DNA from: Lytechinus pictus
Lineage: Eukaryota
Length of the DNA stretch: 64,000 nt
Assembly: GCF_037042905.1 (NCBI RefSeq)
Contig: NC_087251.1
Location: 13,456,001-13,520,000 of the forward strand
Direction: 5' to 3'
A program made the position numbers and the translations under genes. Positions within the stretch are counted from its first letter, which is position 1; every line of letters starts with the position of its first letter. Shown one piece after another: positions 1 through 13,066 of the stretch. The notes under the pieces are model-generated. The model ran no database searches, was not told the DNA's origin, and worked only from the letters and a program-made list of their open reading frames with translations.

Positions 1-2820
1 TGGCTTCCAAAAATGGAGTAAAAAATGTCTGATGTTACTTATAAAAGGACATAGTTTGTTTAATATCTGTATGGGGAAAATGAGTTTGGTGTTAAACCAT
101 GGTTTAAAAAGGTCAAGTAATACACTAGGGTCAGTTACAAGACCAATCAGTTGTCTGTATTTTAAAAATCCTAGATTACTTTAAAAAAAAATGGGGTGTA
201 AATTGACTGTTGTTACTTACAAGTATGCATAGTTTATTATAAATACACCTTGGAGGTATGATTTTGCTGTCTATGCTAGAGTTTACAGGGTCAAGCAATA
301 CATTTGGTTAAGTTGAAAGGACAGTCAGGTGTCAGGTATGTCCAAAAATCGAAGATGGCTTTAAAAATGGGGGTCTTAAATGGCTGCTGTTACTTAAAAG
401 TGGATGCAGAACATTATAAATACACCTTGGGGATATTATTTTGGTGTCTACACTAGGGTTTCAAGGGCCAAACAATACTTTGGGACTGGTTACCATGATA
501 TGCAGCTATCCATTTTGCCTCAAAATCCAAGTAAACTTAAAAAATGGGTTCTAAAGTGACTACTGTTACGTAAAATATCTACCTGTTAGAAATAATCTAG
601 GTTCCTGCACTTAAATGCATGGGGACAAGTTATTATTGTTTCATGAGTTGGTACAGCACCCATTTTGATGAAATTTTAGAATCCATCATGGATTCTTTGA
701 CAACATTGAGTACTAACCATCCTTGTTACTTGTCCGATTGTATTATTTGACCCTTCATACCACAATTTGGACACCAACATTATTTCTTACAGGTGAATAT
801 TGTAGAACTCTGACCACTATTGAATATGAGTCGTTTTAGATTCCCTTTTTAAAAACCCTCTTGTGTTTTAGGCAAACTGGACAACTGCATATCAATGTAA
901 CCAGTCCAAACGTATTGTTTTAACCATGAAACCATAGTGTGGTCACCGAAATCATATCTCCTTGGTGGATAATGAACTATGTCCATTTTAAAAGTAACAG
1001 CAGTCATTTTAGACTCCGATTTTTGGAAGCTTTCTTAGATTTTCGACATACTGGACCACTGACTGTCCTTGTAACTAATTTTATTCCTTTTGAAACCATG
1101 ATATAGGCAACAAAATCATATGCCCTTGACGAATATAACATGAACAATTTGCATTTTTAAATACCATCGCGGCTAATTGATACTATTTTTTAAGCCACCG
1201 TGGACTTTTGGACATACTTGACCACCCATCGTCCTTGTAACTTATCCCAATTTATTATTTGACCCATTTAACCATGGTATAGGCACAAAAATCATATTCC
1301 CGGATATTGAACGAACTATGTTGGGTTTTTTTAAGTAGCAACAGCATTTTTTACTCCATTTTTGGAAGCCATCTTGGATTTTTTAACATACCGGACCACT
1401 GACTGTCCTTGTAACTTGTCACAATGTATTATTTGACCATTGAAACCATGGTCTAGACACCAAAATCATATCTCTCAGGTAGATGTGATATGAGCTATGC
1501 CCATTTTAAGGATAAACAGCCATTTTAAACTCAATTTTTGGAAGCCATCTTGTATTTTTGGACACAGCGGACCACTGACTGTCCTTGTAACTTGTCACAA
1601 TGTATTATTTGACCATTGAAACCATGGTCTAGACACCAAAATCATATCTCTCAGGTAGATGTGATATGAGCTATGCCCATTTTAAGGATAAACAGCCATT
1701 TTAAACTCAATATTTTTGGAAGCCATCTTGTATTTATGGACACACCAGACCACTGACTGTCCTTGTAACTTGTCCCGATGTACTACTTCACCATTAAAAC
1801 AATCGAATGGAAACCAAATTAAAGCCACTTAAGTAAGTAATAGATGAATTGTGGATTTTTTAGACTACGGCAGCCAATTTGGGCGCCATCTTGGATTTTC
1901 CTGGTACCTTGGAGTGCTAATATTCACTCTAACTTGTCTAAATAAATTCGTTTACCCATTGGACCATGGAATATGAACCCAAATAGGATTCTAGGGTGGA
2001 TAATGAGTGAGTTATATCCATTTTTAGTGAATGGCGGCCATCTTGGACGCCATCTTGAAAATAACCACTTTCCCGGATGCGGATTTTGGTAGATTTTTAG
2101 TATGTTATTCCTGAGGTCAAATACTGCCAGAAACAGTTGAAAAATCATTTGTTGCAATTTGTTCCGGGTCAAACCATATATTGACCCGTCTAATAAGATA
2201 TTTCGTTAACGATTATATTTTAGTCAGTATTCCACTTGTTTATCATAATAATATGCATTTTAGTGCTCACTCATGTGATTTTTTGGCCTACATACTAATT
2301 TGGGCCAGTCGGGCGGCTATTTTAAATATCAAAATACAGCAATTTTCCCACATGACATAATAAATTATATATCTCGTAAGTAATGATGATTTGCATACAG
2401 TACTTCGTTCATAGATCACAAATTCTTGCAGTTTAGTGCTAATTTTTGTGAAAATCAGTTTTCCCTATTCATATTGTACATAATAGAGTATACAGGGGCC
2501 CATGGCGGCCATTTTGAATATCCAGAAAATATATATTTTGTCAAAAACTATTTTTTCAGAGAGTATTTCACTCCTGCCACACAATTTCATGCATTTTATA
2601 GCTAATATGCAGGCAATTTTATGATTTTCATGGGTAATTTGCATATTTTGGCGGCCATATTGGATTTTGTCAATTTGCGGAAAATGCTCAAGGTTACACG
2701 AGTGGCATCATTCAGATTCGTAATCAGCACCCTCGAATTGACAAGAAAACATCAAAAAATATTGTATATATGAAAAAACAAGGTTTGGTCAATTTTCTAT
2801 GGGGCCTATCCTGGCTTATA
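1..2820. repeat. Foldback-like element(s) made of degenerate ~177-bp tandem units in both orientations
   Basis: Bases 1-31 closely match the reverse complement of ~1341-1371. Near-identical direct units lie at ~1391-1567 and ~1568-1747. GCCATCTTG motifs recur. The element is truncated by the window start. Confidence 0.65.
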
Positions 2821-2835
2821 TTAGTAGACCAGCTA

Positions 2836-4205
2836 TTAACGACAACAATGCGAAATTCCGCTGCTTACTTGACTCCAATCAGAACTTTCACCGTTGATAG
2901 TCACTCTCTGTTCCCTTCCTGTTACAAAGGCTCTTATCCAAGCATGTAATTTTCCAACTATACCATATGACATTAATTTCTCGAGAAGCCTTTCATGAGG
3001 AACAGAGTCAAATGCTTTACAAAAGTTTAAATAAATGACATCAATAGGAACTCCAGCATCAAGTTTGCATGTCATTATTTTCTTCCATCGCTCATAAAAG
3101 TTGTGTCATACAGGACCGATTTGGAATAAATCCATGTTGACAGTTTGATAGTAAACAATGATCCATCAGATGTTACATCACTATATCACGAATTAAACTT
3201 TCCATCAGTTTTCCAACCACTGAAGTTAAACTTATTGGTCTATAGTTTTCAATGTTCTTCTTGCTTCCCTTTTTGTGTAGCGGAGATATATGTTTCCGAC
3301 TTTCCAGTCACCATCAGGAAGCATGCCTTCATCAAAATGACTTCTCAAAAATGATTTGTAGTGGAACTGAAATGGAACGTGCAGTTTCCTTCAACAGTCT
3401 TGGACGCATTTCGTCTGGACCTGGAGATTTGCTTCCATTCAGTTTAAGAACTTTCTTTTCTACCTTTTCTCTAGTAATAATTACATCTGATAGTGGTGGA
3501 CTAGAGTATTGCCAATTTATATCTGGCATAAAATACAAATTTTCATTGACAAAAACGCTTGAAAAGAAGTCATTAAGAAGTTTTGCCTTTTCTATGTCTG
3601 AACTTATGACTTTTCCCTCTGAGTTTACTAGATCACTTATTCCAGGTCTTGATTTTATTTTCCTGTTGGCATACTTCCAAAATCTCTTCGGGTTTGAGGC
3701 TAACTCCTTAGCTAGTGATCCTTTATACTCAATACAGTCCTGTCTGTTAACTTGTCTCAAATGATTACGTATCCTTTTGTATTTAGCATGATCAATAATA
3801 CTTTTAGTGTTTAAATACATCTTCCATGTTTTTTTCTTCTTGCTGGATAACCTCAATGCTTCTTTCGATATATATTATGGGCTCCTACGTTGCTTCGAGT
3901 CTCTTTTAATTCTGGCAAGGAGGCACGCATTCCTGAACAAAAGTAAGGAATATATATTTAAAGAGTTTCCAGGCATCACGGCATGTCCTGTCTTCTAAAA
4001 GTTCACTCCACTTAATATCACTGAGAAGATAATTGAGTTTCTCATAATCTCCTTTGTCTATAGTTTCAACTTTAATGACTTTGTTCTGGCTCTTTTTTCT
4101 CCAGAAACTTTCAAGTCAACAACAATTAATACAATTTTTTTTTTTTTTTTTTTTTGCTTATCAATTTTTTTCTGGTACAAGATCCCTTATTTGTGATCGA
4201 AGACC

Positions 4206-4236
<31 letters not shown>

Positions 4237-4990
4237 TGTCAATTTTTTGGCGGACGGTTTTGCCCCCCCCTGTGAAAAATCCTAGGTACGCCACTGTTCA
4301 GATACATGTTGAAATAAATACGAGTCTTGAAGAGCATCTAAAAAATGTTTAGCCTGGTTGTCACCTAACCCTCCGCGACGTACCATGAATTCCAGTCTAT
4401 TTCGGGAAAATTAAAGTCACCAACTATAAATATAGCTGTGTCTTTGTTTTCAGACAGTTGTATCATAATTATTCAACAATATATTATTTTCTATAGCACT
4501 TGATGGGCTTCATATACATCCTACAAGAAGCTTCGAATTCCCTTTAGAGTTATCATACACCATGATGATTCAATAAAGTCATTAAACATATCCACTTCAA
4601 TCACCTTGAGCAAAAGTCCTTGTGTATATCAAAACTCCACGAGAATTGCACTTGCCCTTTTCAAGGTTTCCAAATATATTAAATCCATGATATAAAATGA
4701 AGTCAGAGTTGATTCTGTTACAGAAGATTTAGGTTTTGCTTCAGTCACCAAAATAATATCAATATTCAAGTTATGCACAATGATCTCCAACTCAATCATT
4801 TTGTTAGATAAAGAGTCTGCATTTGTATATAGAACTTTCAAATCATTTCCAGTTTTCAAATGCCACTGAATTGTCATCAACTGATAACACTCACCGAGGT
4901 CAACTCCTCCTATTGCTCCTTCTAGCCTTAACTCATCTGTTAAAACATAATGGGTCAATAATTAATTGTCATTGCTCATTATTATTTTTG
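2836..4990 (-). mobile_element. Decayed CR1-clade LINE (end of ORF1, endonuclease and partial RT), 3'-truncated
   Basis: Fragments LKVLYTNADSLSNK (APE start), NPKRFWKY, KSPGPD, NYRPISLTSVVGKLMES and DVIYLNFCKAFDSVPH, with several stops and frameshifts. Confidence 0.9.
4098..4296. mobile_element. Short poly-T-rich insertion inside the decayed CR1 (one end of a TIR element)
   Basis: Interrupts the CR1 ORF2 remnants, contains two long T tracts, and ends in GGTACGCCACTG. Confidence 0.5.
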
Positions 4991-5689
4991 TTTTGCCTTC
5001 AATTTTTTTTAACACAAGTGCACACCTAGTTACCAAGAATACGTCAATACCGGTACGTACCGTATATTATTTTCATTCATTTGACTGCATGATAAAAAAA
5101 GAGCACTGCCGATTAAATGCCGTGCCGCGGCCGAGGACCGAACCTCTTACCTCTTTACTTTAGCAAAGAAGATCGGACACATCGGCAATTTTGTGAAACG
5201 CTCGATTTGGAAGGGCGCCCATCAGCGTTGGGTACCGGTATGACATCGCATAAAGATCATCACATGCACAGCTCTCTAGCTCTCGCATGTCTAGACTGAT
5301 ACTGCACTGACGTATACCGTATGACTGAATATAATTCTACGCGGTATATATACGGTATAGGCAGCGCAGTACAGTATAGTAGGTACCGTACCTACGGTAT
5401 GTGTGTAAAACATTTGGGGAAAATCATTTTCGCCGCAGATCCAGCTGCATCCCCGGCTGTATTCTCACTCTTTGTACTCTTACAATCAGACCAAGCAGGT
5501 AATTTTCAGTGCTGAAAAATAATTGTTGGATTGGATTATGAGATGGAAATGAGGTAAGTCACTAACCATAAAGAAAAACTTCAAAAGTTGAAAGTTGAAA
5601 CGGGAGGATGATTGATTGGACTTGACTAACCCAGGCCAGGGAGCTCCGGCCCGCTTTGCGGGCCGGAGCCCAGGAGTCCACCGGCACCG

Positions 5690-6796
5690 TAGCCTGGACT
5701 CTGGAGGCGTCTGGGGAGTGAAAGTATATAGGCCTACTGTACGTATGGTCACTCCCCTAACCAGTAGAGGCGCACGGCCAATATTGGAGACTGTCTCCAA
5801 TGTGGGAGATTATCTCCAATATCAGAGACTTTTGTAAAGAATTTGGGTATCCAATTTCAGAGACAGTCTTCAGTTTTGGAGACCAATTTCCTTTGTTTAC
5901 ATTTGCTGCAAAAGGATTACCTTGGCGGCAAATAAAAATGTGATAAGCAGATTCCTCATGAAAAATTACCCCTTTTCACCGTCTACTTTAAAATTTCACT
6001 GTCTACTTTTGTTTTGATAAGGATTTTTGTTGTCAATCACACACAAAACAAATGGGCTTCTGACCTCAGTGAGACAAAATTTTGGGTGGAAAAAATCATG
6101 CTTTTGTTGGTGTTGTTTCTTTTGTCCTTTTGCAAAGCAAGTCTCCAATGTGGGAGATTGTCTCCCCTATTGGAGAGAGTCTCCCATATTGGCCGTGCAC
6201 CTCTACTGCTAACGCCTGGCATTGTGAACTATAGGCTCCTACGTACCGAGGGAAAAGGCAACTATAAAAATGCGCCAAACTGCTAGTTATGTTTAGATTC
6301 TGAGGTCACGACTGCTGTACATGGCCATGGCCCATGGGTAAAAATATTGGTTGGCAACGTTTGGCAAAAAATGGATAGTTACGGTTACAAAATGACGCCA
6401 AAATGATATGAATTAATAAAAGTAGAAGAGAGTTTACTTACACTTGTTGACATCGCCATCTTTGATCCTTTGTTAATGCAACCTAGCTACGTGACGCGTA
6501 TAGAGGGCGGCAAAATCATGAGCGGTGCTAGATTAAAAAGTACTAAAATGTCCCGCTTCAACCACTGAACTAGAAATACATAGAGAAAACATATTGCATC
6601 TTGCCTTCTACGGCGCATTCTCGAACAATTGACCTAGCAAAATGGCGGCGGTCACGTGACTTATCGAGTTCGCCGGCGATGTTTTGCTTGGGTGTACACG
6701 ACTTCCACGTAGGAGCCTATAGTTCACAATGCCAGGCGTTAGGGGAGTGACCATACGTACAGTATATACTTTCACTCCCCAGACGCCTCCAGGCTA
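5690..6796. mobile_element. Non-autonomous DNA transposon with ~90-bp TIRs (TAGCCTGG...CCAGGCTA)
   Basis: 5701-5761 joined to 6214-6244 is the reverse complement of 6707-6792. Confidence 0.8.
5762..6208. mobile_element. MITE nested in the left TIR of the previous element; 5-bp TSD CTAAC
   Basis: TIR CAGTAGAGGCGCACGGCCAATAT / ATATTGGCCGTGCACCTCTACTG; CTAAC at 5757-5761 and 6209-6213. Confidence 0.88.
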
Positions 6797-7109
6797 GTCC
6801 ACCGTGCTTTTACACATAGTCATAGACACGGGACTAGGGTAGATTGTGGTCTCAATAACTTGGAAAGAATATTGTGAAAACAGAAATTATGCACTTACCA
6901 CGATTAAATGGATGAAACTGGATGCGCGCGTGCGGGTGGTGGACGTGTTTTGATCATACCTCTCAGATTTGACTCTAAATTTGTGAATTCTTATCGGATT
7001 GGAGTATCATAAGTGAATATCTTGACATAAGATTGGTTTCAAGACAGCGGTGTGCTTCATTTTGGATTGAGATTGGCATATTTTCAGAGGATTTAACTAG
7101 ATTCTGATC

Positions 7110-8586
7110 ATGGAGAAAGTTCAGAGGAAATTGAAAAAGTTGTCACCCTTCGGCAAGAAAACGCCGGAAGCAGTACCGGTGGCGGACGCCGGTAGCTCGG
7201 GCACTGAGAATCGGCGAAGATCGGGAGACGATGTTGACCCGCCGAATCCAATACTGGCCGAAGTGGAAGATACTGCCGATTTAACTGTTGCAGATTCGTC
7301 TGAAATCAACATCAGCGATTACACAATAAATGAAGAGGACACAACAAAGAAAGCAAGAAGAGTTGTTGATTTTTCATCAGTCCCAGAGATTGACAGGAAG
7401 AAGGATCACAAGACAAGCAAGGGTAAAAAGAAAGCAGAAACCAGTAAGTCTGTAAAACCAAAATCTAAACCCAGAAATGACAATACTAAGAATGGATTCA
7501 AATGTTCCAAGTGCAATACGATGACAAACCGTATGATTGAATGTGAACTTTGTGATAAGTGGTCTTGCTTACCATGTCAAGAGATGAATGATGAAGTGTA
7601 TTCATTTATTAGTTCATGCAATAACAAGCAAGTACACTGGTTCTGTATTGACTGTGACAAAAAAGCACTGAAAGTAGCCAAGAATGCTCTGACATCAATG
7701 AACATAGACCAGGAAGGAAGTCAAATTCAAATTAACTCTGATGATGTTGATAAGTTGGCAAACAAAGTAGGAGAAAAAGTTAATGAAAATGTTGCCAAAA
7801 TCATATCCCAAGCCCAACAGTCGATCAAGGTCATGATAGGCGAAGGAGAGAAGAGATTGAGAAAATCATATGCGGAAGTGGCAAGTTCTAACTTAGCTAG
7901 CCATACTGTCAGGCACCACACAGGCCTTCTCTGAACATGGTCATAAGGATGATCTGAATATTAGCAAACCCTCAGATGTGGTGAATATGGTGACGATGGA
8001 AGAAGTGGTTGAAAGGGAAAAGAGAAAAAACAACTTGATTATCCACAACGTTCAGGAATCTTCCTCTGACCAGTATCAAGAGAGGCAAGAAGCAGATATC
8101 CGTTCTTTCCAAGACATTCTGAAAGAGTTGGATATCAAAAATGTGAAGCCAGTCAAATCCATCAGACTTGGTGGGAGAAACCAAAACAAAAGGACCAAAC
8201 CAAGGGTTCTTTTAGTAGAGCTGGAGTCGACAAGAAAAAGGAGGGAGATTCTGGAGAAAGCTAAAAGCCTAAAAGATTCTGAGACATGGAAAAATACATA
8301 CATTTCCCCTGACCTCACACGACTTGAGCGACAAGAAAGATACGAACTCAGACAAGAACTGAAACAAAGACGAGAAGGTGGGGAAATGAATCTCGTCATA
8401 CGTAGAGGAAGGATAGTTCAAATGGCCAACCAAAATACCAAGCAAACAAGAAAGGGAAATGAGCAGGTTGTGACCCAGAATGAATCCAATAATCAGAATG
8501 GTGCTGAAGTGATCTGTGATATTAATGACAGTGAAGCCGAGGAAGAGTTGCTCGGAGCCGTGGGTGGTTCGGAGGATGAGCAATGA
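7110..8586 (+). pseudogene. CR1 ORF1 (PHD finger, coiled coil, RRM/Tnp22-like domain), one frameshift
   Basis: CSKC..MIECELCDKWSCLPC..HWFCIDC, followed by RKNNLIIHNVQE..RLG..PRVLLVE..YISPDLT. The frameshift coincides with a TAGC duplication at 7894-7901. Confidence 0.88.
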
Positions 8587-11499
8587 CTGAATGAGCATGT
8601 TCACACACAAGTACAGGATCATGAAGAAGTGAAAGATTTTGAAGTAGCGCAAGAAACTACTCATGCAGCTAATAGAAAATTGACAGTATGGTTCACAAAT
8701 GCAGATTCTTTAAGTAACAAAATGGAGGAGCTTACTCTGGCAATAGCACAGAACAATTCAGACATTGTGATGATAAATGAAGTACTACCAAAATCAAGTG
8801 CCTTCAGTCATTCAGCAATTTCGTACAGTATTGAAGGTTATGATATGTTTTCCAATCTTGACACTGGTGCTAAGAGAGGGGTGTCTATATACTGTAAGAA
8901 AGCCTTGAAAGCAACGGAAGTGCATTTCGACTCTGATTTTCAGGAAATGATTTGGTGCAAGATATATTTGCTTAAGAAGAAAGAGCATCTCTTACTTGGT
9001 TGTTTGTATCGCAGCCCGTCTAGTGAAAAAGCAAACTCTGACCAACTTTGTGATCTTATAGGTATAATAAGCGATAGTCGCGATTCACACGTAATGATAG
9101 TTGGAGACTTCAACTTACCTGAAATAAACTGGAAAAGTTTGCAAGTAGAAGCACCTAGTAATCACCCAGCACATATGTTTCTCGACGCACTACAAAGCAA
9201 GGATATGGTCCAGCATGTAAGAGACCCTACAAGATATCGGAAAGGACAGAGAGCAAACACTCTAGATCTGGTCATTACTGATGATGACCATATCATTCAG
9301 GAAGTGTCCCACCAGTCACCTATAGGAAAGAGTGATCACTGCAGCCTCGTTATTGATGTTTGCATTGATGATGAACTTCCGAAGGAGAAAAGACCTGATC
9401 GATACGTAATGTATAAGGGAGATTTTGAAAAAATGAAAGATGATCTTTGTTCTGTTGACTGGGACAATACATTGAAGGATAAATGCTACACTGAGACATG
9501 GACAGTGATTTTAGACATGCTACATTCTTTGATGGAGAAGTATATCCCCAAAGCCAGTAATAAGAAGCAAAAGAAAAGGAGTATTTACATGACCAAAGAT
9601 GCATTGATCCTCCAAAAGAGGAAAAGCCACTTGTGGGATAAGTACCGGAAGTCGAGATCAAGATATTATTATGACAGGTATAGAGAAGTTAGTAATGAAC
9701 TTCGGAGTCTTACACGACAGCTCAGGAAGGATCATGAGGACGATCTCATCAGTAACATTGGATCGAATCCAAAGGGTTTCTTGAACTATGCTAGCCACAA
9801 GAAAAAAGCAAGAGTTGGAATTGGAGACTTGAATAATGATGATGGGAGTCCCATTCAATCAGAACTAGGAAAGGCAGAAGCTTTGAACACATACTTTGCT
9901 AGTGTCTTTACCAGTGAAAATGTGAATTACCTGCCTGATCTAACAGGAATTAATCACGGTGAGGCAGTCATTAAGGAAGTGACGGTAAATCCAGACATAG
10001 TAGAAAAGAAACTCAGGAATCTGAATGGTAGCAAGTCTGCTGGACCAGACAACATTCATCCCAGACTCATAAAGGAACTGGCTAGAGAACTGGCAGAACC
10101 AATGTCAGTCCTTTTCAACAGATCATTGGAAGAGGCAAAACTTCCTGAGGACTGGAAAGCAGGAAATGTCACGCCAATTCACAAGAAGGGAAGTCGGAAA
10201 GCTGTGGAGAACTACAGACCAGTTACTCTAGCATCAGTTGTTGGGAAGCAGCTTGAGAGTATCATTAGAGATGCCGTGATGAAATTCTTGGAAAGGAATA
10301 ACCTTCTCTCCGACTGTCAACACGGCTTTGTTAATGGACGGTCGTGTATGACCCAGCTTTTATTGGTCATTGAAGAATGGACTAGGATATTAGACAATAG
10401 CCAACCTATTGATGTTTTATATCTAGACTTTAAGAAGGCTTTTGATGCAGTACCTCATGAAAGACTTTTATTGAAGCTGAAAGCTTATGGAATTGAGAAC
10501 CCTCTTCTTGCCTGGATTAGTGCCTTCCTGAAAGGCAGAAAGCAAAGAGTGGCTATAAATGGAGTGACATCATCTTGGACAGATGTTAAGAGTGGCATAC
10601 CGCAAGGGAGTATCCTCGGGCCCATCCTATTTGTCATTTTTATTAATGACTTGCCTAGTGACATAAACTCCAGGATCTTACTCTTTGCGGATGATACTAA
10701 GATGTACAGAGCAGTAGGAAATGATGAAGAATCCCAGGCATAACAGGCAGACCTGTCCAAACTTACCATGTGGGCTGAAAAATGGCAACTTCCTTTCAAC
10801 CAGAATAAGTGTACAGTTCTTCACTTTGGGAGAAATAACAAGAAAGATAAATATCACATGAATGGAGATGAAGTTGCCTCATCTACCAGAGAAAAGGACC
10901 TGGGAGTATTGATTGACTCGGAACTCAAATTTCATGAGCATATATCAATGGAAGTAAGCAAAGCCTATCAGCTCCTTGGTATTATCAGACGGACTTTCAC
11001 TCAACTGGACACAAGGACCCTACCGATTTTGTTTAAGACATTGGTAAGACCACACCTAGAGTATGGCAACATCTTGTGGAACACTCGATGGAAAGAAGAT
11101 GCGGATAAAATTGAGAAAGTCCAGAGAAGAGCAACTAAGATGGTGCAGGAGATAAAAGAACTCCCCTACACAGATAGATTAAAAGTATTGGACTTACACT
11201 CCCTGTATTATAGAAGAAGGAGAGGAGATGCCATTATGGTATTTAAAATACTGAAAGGAATGGTCAAGATGGACTCAAGTCACTTTTTCTTGCCATCAAC
11301 TAGTTCACATCTTCAAGGTCATACGTTAAAGATATTTAAAGAACGATCAAGACTCGACATACGCAAATGCGTTTTTAGTAACCGGGTAGTGAATGACTGG
11401 AATAGCCTCCCCCAAGAAGTTATTGACTCAGGCTCCATCGATGTATTCAAATTAAGACTCGATAAGTTTTGGTGGTCTGAGCGTTTCAATCTCCAATGA
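8587..11499 (+). pseudogene. CR1 ORF2 (AP endonuclease plus reverse transcriptase), one premature stop at 10741-10743
   Basis: Motifs FTNADSL, YRSP, GDFN, LDLV, SDH, KSAGPD, NYRPVTL, LDFKKAFD, GIPQGSILGP and LFADDTK; the frame resumes after the TAA. Confidence 0.93.
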
Positions 11500-11939
11500 T
11501 CAAAACCGTCTCTACCCTCCACGTGTGCAAGTTTTTGTTCTTATGTAATAACACATCGTATGGAGATGGACTGCAATTTTCAGATGAAGAGATCGAGGTC
11601 AACAGGATTACCTCACCTCGTAACATCATGATGATGATGATGATGATGAAGGTCTATCGTGTGGCAGTATCCTGACATCGTGGCACAGACTGGAACTTCA
11701 AGTTCAAGTTAAAAAAAAACGAAAAGTTCTCTCCTTAAATTTTAATCTACCTAAGTACACCCAAGGGTTCATTACATGCCGCCGCGCACAGAAAAATCAA
11801 GCCATAGAAGTCGTGTGTTGTGGACCCAAGAAGTGAGATTCCAGCACGCGCGACCCACTAGTTAGAAATCCACTGCCAAACGCGGTTCGTGGTGCGAGGT
11901 TAGTATACTAATACTAACCTCGCAATACGTGTGAGTGCC

Positions 11940-12420
11940 CAAAACCTGAAACTTTCACCCCCGAGATTTCTACTTTCCTTCTAAAAGATCTAGCCCTAAA
12001 TCATGTAGGCCTACATGGGATAAAACTTCATTTCCGACATTTCTACGCTCTCGTTACTTTTAAACAAGAATTCATCAAAAAAATGAGAAAAATATTGTGA
12101 AAAGACGGAAGAGACTTGCCCAATGTTTACGCCGCCATCTTGTTTCCTATTGTTCTTTGCCAACGTTACAGACGCATAGTCATGCACGTACGGCCACAAA
12201 ACCTGAAACTTTCGCCCCAGAGATTTCTACTTTCCCTCTAAAAGATCTAGCACTAAATCATGTACATGGGGTTCAACTTCATTTCCGACATTTCTGCGAT
12301 ATTGATTTCATTTTTAAAGAAGAATTCATTAAAAAAACGAGAAAAATGTTATGAAAAGATGGGAAGAGCTTACGGCCGTGTTTACGTCGCCATCTTGATT
12401 TCTTTGTCTTTCGCTTGGCG
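11940..12420 (+). repeat. Tandem duplication of a ~257-bp unit
   Basis: CAAAACCTGAAACTTTC..GAGATTTCTACTTTCC..AAAAGATCTAG occurs at ~11940 and ~12197; each copy contains GTTTACGYCGCCATCTTG near its 3' end. Confidence 0.8.
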
Positions 12421-12499
12421 ACAGCACGCAAATCGCGCGGTTTGCGTGCTGTCGCCATTAAGGAGCAACTTGACTGAACCATATTAAAACAATGATGTT

Positions 12500-12758
12500 T
12501 CACTTGACAATGAGGAGAAATAAGAATATTTCATATAATAAAATACAAAAGAAATAGTGAGTGGATGCATCATCAGTCTCCTCAATGACATACCGACCAG
12601 GATGTGCACATATTGTTTTGTGAAATTAAGCAAAACTTTATAATGTCATAACTTTCTTATTTTACAACCGATTTTGATGAAATTTTCAGTGTTATACTTG
12701 TTGGATTTTTCTCTTTTATTCAAATCAACTTATGGTTGGGGTGGACTTGTCCTTTAAG
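12500..12758. mobile_element. One-ended fragment of a TTAA-flanked MITE
   Basis: Ends in GGGGTGGACTTGTCCTTTAA; shares CCGATTTTGATGAAATTTTCAG with the MITEs at 33.5 and 58.4 kb. Confidence 0.65.
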
Positions 12759-13066
12759 TGGCTTTTGAACTTCCATCTTAGAGAAGTGTAAAGTTTTGAC
12801 TTTTGGTCTTGTAGAACAAGATGTCAAGTTACTCTCCCATGTAGCCAGGATGCTCCTAGAGAGTAAAATTCATTCACTTACGCAAGGCTCCACACTAAAA
12901 TTTTTTGGTGGTGGCCTGTGGGTAAAGTTTAATGGTCCTAAGAAAATAAAGGAAAACATTAAAAAACGGATAAAACAAACTTCTAAAATATTCTGCAGTT
13001 TGTGCATTGTATATAAACCTTAATAATGGTAAAAATAGGCATTCATATTGCGCCATCTATCTCGAA

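Larger units (their letters stand above)
6940..11650 (+). mobile_element. Near full-length CR1-clade non-LTR retrotransposon
   Basis: ORF1 (PHD finger and RRM-like region), ORF2 (APE and RT), a short 3' UTR and an (ATG)n tail at ~11625-11649. The 5' boundary is approximate. Confidence 0.93.

Noticed and set aside
7121..11522. Antisense ORFs over the CR1 (and over the NR exon at 39.4-40.8 kb)
   Set aside because: Shadows of the real coding strand.
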